Shown here piece after piece: positions 11,994-23,900 of a stretch of 64,000 bases of DNA. Under the pieces are notes generated by a model, which did not search any database, was not told the origin of the DNA, and was given only the letters and a program-made list of their open reading frames with translations. The translations under genes were made by a program, and so were the position numbers. Every line of letters begins with the position of its first letter. The stretch's first letter is position 1. Source of the stretch: Flectonema sp. DT1601. Its lineage: Eukaryota. The stretch covers positions 1,116,001 through 1,180,000 of the forward strand of contig OZ025785.1 in the NCBI GenBank assembly GCA_964019425.1, given 5' to 3'.

Positions 11994-14900
11994 ATGTTTT
12001 GTTCGAGAGTGCTAAGCGTGATGGCGCTGTTGGCTGGAGCTCATGCTGCTGCTGCACCTACGACTTGCAACCCTGCGGGGTTGCGTGGAGAGGGACTGCT
12101 TCACCACGATGTGAAGCACCTAATGCCGGGGACATTTCAAAAGACTGCGGCGATGATCTCATCGAGACAGCAACATGTTGCTTGTGACGGGGACTGCGTC
12201 AGAAGCTTCAGGGACACCACCACTCACTCACCGCTCAAGTATGTATTTCACTTAGGTGGACTCTTTTTTTCTTTTATTTTTTTGTTCAACTTGTTGCAAA
12301 AAAGAAAAAAAGAAATGGGGAAGGGGAAGGGATTGATAATAACAATAATAACAATATTTAAAAAAACAGCATTCACGTTGACTTTTCACTTTTGGATGAT
12401 TCAAGATACGCTTGTCAAAATACTGGAGACATAATCCAGTTGGCGCACGACCCTTCTCCGGGAGCCGCAAATGCTTTTGGAGGGGGCGGGTACACGACGA
12501 GCAACAACATCGACTACGTGTGCCCGGATTCATGGGTGATGACGAGCAACAAGAAGCAAAGACTGAAGGACGCGGTGAACAGGGCAGTGACTCGAATCAA
12601 AACGGGTCTGATGGCCAAACACGTGGTCGAAAACGAAGGAATCATCAAGACGGTCGACGGGAGGGTGAACTGCAACGCTCGGGACGGTGATTCGAACGTT
12701 TTCAGCAACCTGTTGATCGCAGAGAACGGAGTAGCGGCGGACTTCGTGTTGTATGTGACGGCCAACCCGGTGATCGTCTTTGACGGGTCGGGTTCCAGGA
12801 TTCAAGCCAATGCTGCAGGTTGGCCGTGCCACTTTGCGAGGGAGAGTTCAAGACCGGTTATCGGTTTGATATCATTCCACCCGGATCAAGTGTCGGATAT
12901 TGACAGTGAGGTTCAGTACATGTCGAGCGTCGCGCTGCACGAGTTGGTTCAGGCGCTGGGATGGACTCCGGAGCTTGCGGTGAACGACAAGTACATCACC
13001 AACTGGAACGCTGAGGGAAGAACGTTTGACCAACTTCCTATTGACCTCATGGTGACGAAGAGTGATCGTCTTGGAAAGAGGGGTTACCTGAGATCTCGCG
13101 AAGTGACCTTTGCCGAATTCTTCGACGATCCGTCGTGGGTGCAGCCGGCGTTTTCTTCGTGGAGGGAGTCCTACCCGATTGGTACCCCAGCGCAAGTGAC
13201 GAAGCTGACGACTCCGACGGTGATCGAGCAGGCGAGGTTGCACTACGGGTGCAGCCCTACGGATGTCGATGGGCTGGAAGTCGAGGACTACACGTTTCGG
13301 GCGATGGGGTACGGCCGTGATTGGAACGACTTTCCGCAACACTTTTCAGTTCTTTGGGAGAAGCGTATCGCCAACGACGAGGTTATGAACCTTCAGGTGA
13401 CCTCGAAGGCGGTTCTGTCGAGGCTGACTCTCGCGATGCTTCAGGACACGGGGTACTACACGGCGGAGTTCTCTGCGGCGGAACCGTTGGCACACGGGAA
13501 CAACGAGTGCTTTGTGCTGACTTCGAACTGTTGGGCTTGGAGTGGTGATTACATTTGCCCGAGATCGGATGGATTGCCGGTGACGAGCCCCACGTTCTGC
13601 ACTGCCGACCGACGTGGACGTGGTACCTGCAATGCCGGCGAGTACGTGGTGTACAGCAGGTCTGTTGTGCCTCGGGTCCCTCGTGAGTACCTTGTGGTCA
13701 AGGATGCGGTGACTGGAACGAGATACTTGCCGTACTATGTCCCCAATCTCAGTTCTTATGCAGAGTTTAACGTGATGAGGGAACCGATCGTCAGACTGAA
13801 CGGAGGATGTGATGAAATCATGGACTTCTGTCCGGTGTGGGAACAGGTTTCGGTTGAAGACGACTGCAGCAACCCGACGGGGTGGGCCGGCACTCCCGCG
13901 CAGTACACGGCCCCGGGATCGACCTCTTCGTGCTTCGTTTCAAATCTTCGGACGTCTACCACGGGGACGCTTTCGGGAAGGTGTCTTCCTCACGTCTGCG
14001 AGGCTGCCGAGGCCGGGACGTTTGAGCTCACCCTGTTCGTGGGGAGGACTCAGGTAAAGTGCAGCACGAAAGGGAAAATACAAGCGGTCAGCTTGGCTGA
14101 TGGGATTGGTGGGGATATCTATTGTCCGGATCCCACTTTGTTCTGTGCAGGAAAGGCAGAGCTCCCTCCGGTGGCGTTGAGGTTAATCGAGGGTACGGGG
14201 GAAATAGTTGTCGGGGAGTCGACGGAGTTCGTCATCGAGGCAACCGCGATGGGATCCATTTCGGGAGTGAGGAACCAGATTGGAATGTGTGTGGTGTCCG
14301 GGGAGATCGACGAGATGTCCACGAGGGAAGCGAGCTACCACGGGAAGTGCGAGAGGGTTTCGACGAGTACTTTTACCCACATGGATTGCCCACTGTTGGA
14401 TGATCCGGTGAGGAGGAGCTCGGCGCAGCAGTGCCACGCTGCGTGTTGTGCGGATCCGGATTGTGTGATGTGGCAGTGGATCACGTCCAGCGGCGTGTGC
14501 AAGCGGGGATCGACTGGACCGGAGCTGTGCGAGGGTAAGCCGTGGGAAGTAGCTCAAGATGGAGCATACCTCAGGCGGATTACTCAGTTGCCTTCCTCGG
14601 GACTTCTCCCTGGGGAGACATGCAAGACGACATTCATGACGCGCCTCGGGTTCGAAGCGAAGGGACAGGCGAAGTTCAAGGTGTTTCTGAAGTCCGTGAG
14701 CAGCAAGATCGTGTTCTACGGGATCGGAGAAAACCTCCTCAATGACGTCATCGTGCGGACTGTGTCGGCGAAGGCCGGGCCTCCTTCGAACGTGAGGATC
14801 ACGTCGCCGCCTGAGGGAACCGAGATTCTGTCCGGAAGCGGGTTCGATGTCACCGCGATCCTGACGGATGCGTACGGAAACCCTTCGAGGGGCACTGCCG

Positions 14901-17900
14901 ATGGATCTGTTTGCCCGTGGGGGGTGAAGACTTCCGAGACGGATGTTGACTTCTTGGGTGACGACCGGGTGGTGATGGACGGGAAGTGCATTGAGCTGTA
15001 CAGGACGGCGATGACGAAGGCCGCTGCGAAGGAGAAATGCAGGACGGCTTGGGGAGAAGGGATGGGGACCCTCGCGACAATCACGAGCTTGGAGATGGAA
15101 CAGATGCTGGTTGGGGCCTCGGTGGGTTCTTTCTGGACGGGATTGGAGGTGACTGCCTTGACGATGCCGGCGACGACGACGTGGGATTCGGGGGCGGACT
15201 CGCAATGGTGGAGGGAGACTTACGGAAACCCGAATGGTCAGGATTACGGTGAATGGGGTTACAGGAAGGGTTGCTGCAGCGGAATCTGGGAAGCGGATGT
15301 CGACAGGTACGAAACCACCGCGGCGTTTGATGCGAATCCTCGGATCAAGAGCTGCATTCGATTCAACCCGAGCGTGTACGAGTACTACCCTTACGAAGCG
15401 GTTCTTTGCCGTGAGAGCTATCCGTTCTTCTGCGAGTTCAGGCCCCGATTGAAGTTGGTTGTGGACGCAGTGAGCGTGGATGCCGAGATAACTGCGCCTG
15501 TCGGAGTGTACGCGGGCAGCAATGTGAGGTTCAATGGAGTTGTCGCTTTGAGAGCGCCAGTCGGAGACACTGTTGATGACCACGATACCTTCATGATTCA
15601 GGTCACCAGCCCGGGAACGATCTTGTCGTCGACCGGAGGGCAGGTTATCTTGAAGTGGAAGGTGCCACCTCAGCCAACGCACATCCAGGCTCTGGGCTAC
15701 GATAGCGGGTCTGCTACGTGGTTGCCGTCGATCACGGTTCAGGCGGGCGGAACCATCACTGTGACGATCAACCCGACCGATGTCGGGGGGAAGTTCATTT
15801 CTTGGAGCAACATTATGTACTACGAGGTGAGGGACCTGTCTTCGGGGAACGCGTACGAATTCACAGGATCGTGTCCAAATGGGAGGGTGAAGGACGGATG
15901 CCGGGTTGTGATGACGCCGGAGAGCCATCCGTTCATTACTAAGGTGAAGACGATTGAGGTGGTCGCTTCGTCGGTGAAATTGACTGCCAACCCGGAATCG
16001 GTTCTGATCCACATTGTTCCGGGAACTCCGTGCGGGATCGACGTTGATTGCCCAGCGGCTGCCGAGTACGCATCGGTCATGGATCCAGTTGATTTTAAGA
16101 TTGTTGATTGCTACGGCAACCCTGTCTGCGACAGGAGGAGCAACGGGATGCCGATCACCGTTTCAGGTGACGGGCAGCGGGCCCTCGCTTCGGGCTTCGG
16201 ATCTTCTCCGACGTCTGTTTGCGGGGCGTTCAGCTCGGAAGGCGACTGCAGAGAGGGAGGATGCCTCTGGGGAACTGCACAGATGGATCCGTTGATCTGC
16301 GAGCCGGGAACCTGTTGCTACTCTGTCAACGGTCCACGGTTGGTTCCACACCGCGGATCGAGCGATTTCTTGGGAGCGCAGAGGCTGTGTTTCCCCAATG
16401 ATCGTGCCATCCTGTTCTCTGGTAGCGAGGCTCCGTACATCAGAACTGCGAGTTGCGCGTACGACCTTGCGGAATTGTCTGACTTCGAAGACATCTTTTA
16501 CATCAGACCGTCGACTTCGGGGAAGCTGCACCTCGAGGTCGCTTCGAGTGGTTCAGAAATTGTGAAGCCCAACGAGTACGAAGAGATCGGGGACAAGTGT
16601 ACCCCTGATTCCAACGGTGTGACCGGACTACACGACACCTACACCTGGGACACAGCCGATTTCTGTGACCCAACGGAGTCGTCGTTCGATGCCGCAAGGT
16701 GTTTGAAGCCGATGAACGCGGATGTTTGCAAAGAGCTTTGCAACCTGTACCCGAGTGCGGGCTGCATTGGAGTGGAGTACTCCGAGGCAGCTGTCGTCGC
16801 TGATTCAACAGCAGCATCGTGTCCCGCGGAGTACCCGATTGCATCTGACGGAAACACCTGTTGCAAGGCTGGTGATTCCTCGGACTGCACGGGATGCCCG
16901 GCGGTCGCCGACCAAAATCAGGAACAGAATTTTCTGTGCACCGTAGGTGGAAACAGCTTCGTTTTCCCCGGCAAACTCACGGATCTGGGACTCGTGTCAT
17001 ACCAGACAGTTGATGATGAAAGTTGTGCTGATGGTAGGAGAACGGTGCTGAAGTTCACTGATACGGCAGCCCACCACGACAGAATATTAGGTCGGCTTAG
17101 TTGTGGGACCTTGGGTGCGAGTAGTGTCACCCCTGCTAACACGTGTGTTGCACACGCTCGTGTAGAAAGCTTTGGCGAGTATGCTGGATGTCGCATTCAG
17201 CAAGCTTCCGTTTCCGAATTTCGAGTAGTAAATGCTGTTGAAGGATGCCCTGTGTTCTGTGATGCAAGGGGGTACCAATACTGGGGTTTGGTCTGTCCGT
17301 TCGTTGATGGGACAGTAGGGTGCATATGTTCTACACCTGCTGAATTTGATGGATCAGCTGTGACGGATGATGCCGATTGCTGGTCAGCCAGTGGGAACGA
17401 GCCTCAGTGCAACGGTGCGAGCTTGAAAATTGGAACAACAATTTATGGCTCGGGTCGCAGTGAGAGGGCGGCAGCTTTCTACAGGGTAACGCGGTCTGTT
17501 GCTGTGTCTACTTCGAGGACTTGCGCAGACTGGAAATCTGATGCGAAAAGCTGCTCATTGATGTTGAAGGGACCGAGGCCAGCGTCCACCACGACCATTA
17601 CCAACGGGCCTGTGGTCTACGGACTAAAAGACGGACACACCGGAAACCTTAACAACTACGAGAACACTTTGACGAAGGCGAGCGCGCCGTCGGAATCGAC
17701 AGCGGGCGACATGTGCTTCCGCAGAGGGGTGACGATCAAGGGAACCAAGCCAAGCCTCAGCGTTCAGATATTCGGACCGAAGGATTCGCTCGAGGCAGTT
17801 GATGGGGAAAGAGGCAGAGAAGAACTCTGGACGTGCGAACCCTCCCCGTCGTCGAGTGTGTCGTTGAAGCAGGCAAACGTGGAGGCGAACCGAATCTACG

Positions 17901-20900
17901 CGATCAAAATCAATGTTCTCGAGGAGGTTGATGCGGTTGAGTCAAAGCCTCTGTACACGGTGAGGCTCGGCGAGGAGAACGAAGCCGGACTGTCTTGCGG
18001 AGAGGACATGGAGTGCACGGCGGGACATCCGTGCCCAGCAACATGCAGTGAGTCGATGTTCTCGGGATTGATTGTCCCTGCTGAGAGCGGGAGCTGTGCC
18101 GAGTCGACGTTGACGGTGTCGCTTCGCGCCGACAAGGAATGGACTGATGAGTTTGGCCTGACGATCACGGAGGGGACTTGCGAGGTTGCGATGGGTTGCT
18201 CAAAGTTCTCGCTTCAGGCACCCGATGAGATTACTTCGGGAAGGACGCTCTGGAACTTCGTGGCGTTCTCGGTGTCGGCTTCGGCGGGACAAAATCTCGG
18301 CGACAGGCAAATTGCATGGAGGCTGGTGGCGATTGACTGCGAAAACAATGTGGTGGAGTCGTGGAGCAGCGTGACCGACACGGAACTGGATGCGGCGAAC
18401 GGCTACTCGAGTTCGGCAAGCAGAGACTTCGAGGGTCCTGCGTGGGGATCGGGATACCGTGGAACGTGCTCGTACATCACTTTGAGGATCATTTCAACCA
18501 GCCACCCGATCAAGGCTGCGGAGAAGAGGGTTGTCGTGCTGCCGGGTAATCCGTATGCGGTGGAAATCCTGAAGGATGTCCCGAGCTGCTACGAGGCGTG
18601 TGACGGAGATGCGGGTTGCGACAACCTCCGATTCTCTGTTGTCCTGAGGACCGAAATCGGTACCAGGTCGCTCACGGATGGGATTGAGTGTACGGCGTCG
18701 GCTGAACACCTCGATGAAGGGAATAACCGTTACGTGTCGTCCGCGTTCTCGCCGTTTCCGAAAATCGTGAAGCAGACTGCTCAGGGAGTGGCGACGTTCT
18801 CGACCGGGTACAAGCGGGCGGGAGATCTAAAGATCGTCGTGAGCTGCGTGTGTGCGACGTGTGCGGGTGACAGGAGGGCTGTTGTGATGCAGAGCATGCA
18901 AAGGTTCGTGGAGGTATTCCCGGCTGCGCCGTCGTCGATCACCTGCAGCGCGCCGACCCGTGTGTTGGCGGTTGACGACATCGATGTATCGGCGTTTCTT
19001 TCGGACGAGTACGGAAATGAGGTTTCCGAGAGGGTGTCTGGAATGGAGCTGTCCCTGAGGAAAACGTCTCCTGGAGAGGGGACTGGGGCCCTGGCTGGGG
19101 CGAGGTCGGTGGCCCTGTCGCCGAACGGTGATGCCGAGTGGATCGTGCAGCACGATAAGACTGTCAACGCGTTGGCGATCGAGATCTCGGTCGCGGCACC
19201 GACGCTGAGCTCCCCGTCGGAACCGTATTCGTACACCGGGTGCTTCACGACTTCGAACGTGGGGTCTTTGCTCGGAAGCGGTTGCACGAAGAAGAGGGAG
19301 TCGGAGAACATGACCCCGGCGATGTGCGCAAAGGTGTGCGCAATCTTCCCGACGTTCGTGCTCACCGGGAACGATGTTGGTTCGAGGGCGACGGTCTGCA
19401 TGTGCTCGATGCAGGAGGCGATCACGGGAACGCCGACGGCGGGAGCGAATTGCCAGAGGCACGGATGTCAGGGAGACGTGCTCGGAACGAACAGCAGATG
19501 CGGATGCGCTGTGGGAACGGATGCGAGGATCGTGGCAGCTTACAGGAGGAACACGAACTACCAGCAGACCGGGATCGCGGCGACGACGTGCGGTTTGATC
19601 AGGGTGTACCCGAACAGGCCTCGGGCGTTGAAGATCACCAAGCAGCCGTGCGAGTGGGTTGGAAACACGCTGGTGGGGAACTACGAAAGGAGGTGCCAGC
19701 AGGCGCTGAGCAGCGCGAGGTGCCCGGATGCGGCTGTGAACCAGCAGATGAGCTACACGGTGGGGGTTTACGATGCCGGTGGGAACTTGGCGGACACGGC
19801 TGGCGACTACAGGACGTTCGCGAATGCGAGATCGGTGAGGGAGTGTTACAAGAGGTTGGTGACGACGACGACGGTCGGGGGCGAGGAAATCGAAACAGAC
19901 GAGGTTTGCTTCGACGGGTACCCGGACGTGGAGGTGTCGCTGGAGCGGATCTCGTACGCGGGAGGACTGTCGATTCAGCCTGAGAAGCACAACCTTCGAA
20001 GCGGAAACGTGTTTACATTTACCACGACGCAGGTGGACGTGGGATGTGTTGTTTTGTGGGCGACTGCCGACGGGGCGTTGGATAGTTCGGCGGCGACGAA
20101 CAAGATTTGCTTCCACGCGGGGCCGATTGCCCGGATCGTAATCGTCGAGTCGCCGGAACAGGTGTTCGCTTTGAGCAAGTTCCCGTTGTCGAAGGCAGTT
20201 GTCTACGACAGGAACGACAATAAGGTCACCTGGGCGACTTCGTCACTCGGAATCTACCCGTGGGACGACGGTGCGCAGCCGAACGCGGAGGAGTTTTGTC
20301 TGGGGAGGGTGACGACGGGGGAGGGGGAGGTGAGAACCGTTCCCCGCGTGGTGAACGCGCTCATCAATTTGGGGGCGAACCACCCCGGTGCGACTTCGGA
20401 AAGCAGGAGGCCGTACAATCCGAGCACGAAGCTGAGCGGCGGTGAGACGACGTTCGGAGGGTTCGCGTACCAGTCTCTGGAAGACGGTCTGGACACCCCG
20501 TGCTTCAGGTTGAGGTTGTCGTTGGAGAGGGATGGCGGGAATCCGTCGGTGTTGGGATGCCCTGCCGGAACGTCGGGTCGGTTGATCGAAGCGCTCCAGC
20601 TGAAGGAAGATGAGTATTCAACTGTTGTCGGTCTCTCTGATCGCATTGAAATATTGCCGGCGTCGCTTGCGTTGGTTTCCCCGTCGAGCGACACGGTGAC
20701 CGTCAAGGCCGGTACTCCGGTTACTGCGATCATCTTCTGGACTGCTGACACCCAGTGCTTTGCGGATCCGACGTGCCAAACCGACGCGTTCAAGGTTCGG
20801 ATGGAGTACGTGTCGGGGCCAACGAGTTTATCTGACTGCGCGATGTGTGGTTACGAGGTTTCGTCGCCTGATGGCAGGCAGGTTCGGTTCTCGAACATCA

Positions 20901-23900
20901 TTCGCAGGGTCGCGGGTACCTACAAGTTCCGTTTCTGGGGGACGTCGCAGGACGTTCCTTTCGCGGCACCTGTTGACCTGACGATCATAATCCTCGCTGC
21001 TGATGCCGATAGCTTGAACATCGTGTGCCCTGAGGAAGTGGTTTTCGGGTCCGGGTTGGTTGTCGACGCGGGGACGATGTTCGCGTACCAAGTGGATGTT
21101 CGGGATGGGTACGGCAACCCGGTGAAGACGTGGAGCGAGGACATCTCGTTGCACGCGAGGGTCGCTGGCGGATTTAGGACGTACGCTCCGTGGTACGACT
21201 TTGGGCAGCCGATCCACGTGTCCCAAACGCAGGGGAACACGTACGCCGTTTTCAACGGGCTCTCGATTGAGAAGACCGGAAGGTACGAAATCTACGCGAA
21301 GTCGGGGAGGTTGTTTAACGACTTGTGCACGGTGACGATTACCGCTGCGGAACCGGAAAACTGTGCCGCGTATTTGACGGACAGCCCGGTAGAAGCGCAG
21401 CCGGAGTACGTGAAGGCGGGAGTGAACATGAGGATCCGGGTTACGTTCCACGATGCGTACGGGAATCTGATTGCGGCGAAGATGAACGGGGAGACGGTGA
21501 CCGTGGACCTCGCGCAGGGAGTTACTGGAATGCTCCACGGGACGACGGAGAAAGTGGTGAGCTCTGCGCTGACGTTCTTCGACGTGAACTACCAGGTGGC
21601 ACCGAAGGAGATCGGGTTCATCGCTTCCGCGAGGGAAGGGTCGTTGTCGTGCAGCACCGACGGTTTGCTGATCGTCGCCAACGACCCGGCGACGATTAAG
21701 ATTATTGAGGTTCGCGAGAGGGAACCGAGTGCGGAGACTCCACCGAAGGAGCCGTTGCAGCCTATCGAGGGACCGAACAACGATGAGTACCTGTCTCCGT
21801 TGACTGCTGGAGAAGACTTCTGCGTGAAGGTCCACATTGTCGACGAGTTTGGAAACATCGTGGACGAAAGCAATGAGGAGATCAGGAAGTTGTACACGTC
21901 GAACGCGGGTACAGGAAACAACGGCTCGCCGCCAATCTTCAGTTTCGATCAGGCGAACACGCAACCCTTGTTCACGTTTGGAGGTGATTCTAATTCTGAC
22001 GGAGGTTTGTTGTCTTTCTTGGATGACGAGCAGGGGTCCGATGAATGTAACGACAACTTCATCCTCCTTCCGTTCTTTGGCTTCGAACCGCCCCAGGAAT
22101 GCGGTTCGGGGGTTCCTGTGTTGGATACCGATGACTTGCCGCTTGATAACAACCCGACTCTCGATGATGGAAACGCTGAAGCGATCGGGGGGGAAACGTC
22201 TCCCCAGGAGAGCAACCCCGAGTACCCGATGAGGCGGGTGACGCTTGCCAGGTCCGGATGTGCGAGGGTTGACGGATGCAAGAGCACCACCGATGAACTT
22301 GACGGGACGACGCAGCTGGACTCTGTGAACGGAGTGTTCGATATTTGTGGAGTGCAGTACGTCCGGTCCGAGTGCATTTACATCATGGCGTCGTCGGCGG
22401 ACCTCGGAACCGACGAGTCTCCAAAGGTTTGCGTGTCGCACGCGGTGTGGGACAACATGCAATGCGTGACGACTACTACGAGAACCGCGCAGGGGAGGGA
22501 ATTCGGAGGATTCAAGGTGTCGATGTTCGACGTGCACGGGAACCCTGCGAGGAGCTGTTCGAGGGATTCGGATGACAGGTCATGTGAGGTGACGATCCAG
22601 GAAATGGAGGAGAGAACAACAAACGGGTACACGTGCTGCGGGAAGAAGACGGACCCGAACCTGGCACCGGGAGTTTTGACGGGAGAGGAGCTGACGATCG
22701 ACGCAGCTGGCGGAAAGGCGGACTTCGATGAGTTGGTTTACAGCAGAGGAAGGCCGGCGAGCGATGCCCTCGAGATTGAGGTGGTTGGGGCTGACGGAAT
22801 CCGTGCGTACTGCGGTCAGGTTGTAGTCGTGGGAGTCCGTTTGGTGTGTACGGAGTCCCCTCCGGAGGTGGTTGCCGGAGAGGCGTTCGCGGTTGAGGCG
22901 AAGATGATGACCTGGAGCGCGGCTGACGGGGAGTACGTGGACATCAACTGCGTTGGGGAGAACAGGAACACCCTGTGTCCTACAATGGGGAGGCTCAGAG
23001 TTGCCCAGAGCACGGGAACGTTATCCGGAAACTACTTCTTCGTGAGACAGGCTGGGGCGTCCGGGTACTCGAATGCGCACTGCGGTGCGGCGGCAACAAG
23101 GGGAGCGTGCGGCGGAATTGCGGACCCGGCATGTTCGTACGGCGTTCACGTGACGGAGCCGTTCCCTGCGATGAAGAGCGCGCTGAGCTGCTACAACCCG
23201 ACGCCGGACTTCAGCGGGTTCCAGGTGTCTCCAAACACGTTGGGGCAGCTGACGTTCTCGTCGCTGAGGTACTACACGGCGACGACGTTCAGGCCGGAGG
23301 CAACCCCGAAGCACGCGAGCGTTTCGACGAGGCAGTGGGCTGCGGCAGTGGCGGCTGACAGCGAGGCCCCGGGGGTGTGCGATCCGGTGAAGGTGGTGGC
23401 GAACAAGCCTTACGAGCTGTGCATGGGTGGGACCACGAGTTCGTTTCAGGCAATCCTGCACAAGGGGTACTCGGAGACCCCGAGCTCGGTCAGGTACGGA
23501 GCGAAGTTTGAGAGGTGCAAGTTGCTTTGCGACGCGAGCAACACCTGCAAGAAATGGGCGTTCGTGCCGGATGAGAAGGTGTGCAAGCTGTACACTGCAG
23601 GGGACATCGTGCCGACCGCCGACGAAGAGGGAACGGTGTCGGGATGCAAGGAATCGGACGACCCGGCGTGCAAGTGCACGTGTGCTGGGGCGGAGGGTGG
23701 TTGCCCGGCATGCTTCACGGTGAAGCCTGGAAGCTGCTCCAAGTGCGCGGGTCCGAACTGCGGTAGTTGCCCGGCGAAGACTGTCGTTGCGGGAAGACCT
23801 TTGACGATGGGGATGAGGATTCACGATGAGTGGGGCAATGAGATCTCTGAGACGATTACGAAGGAAGTGGTTGTGTCGTGCAAGGTGACGCGGGGACCGC

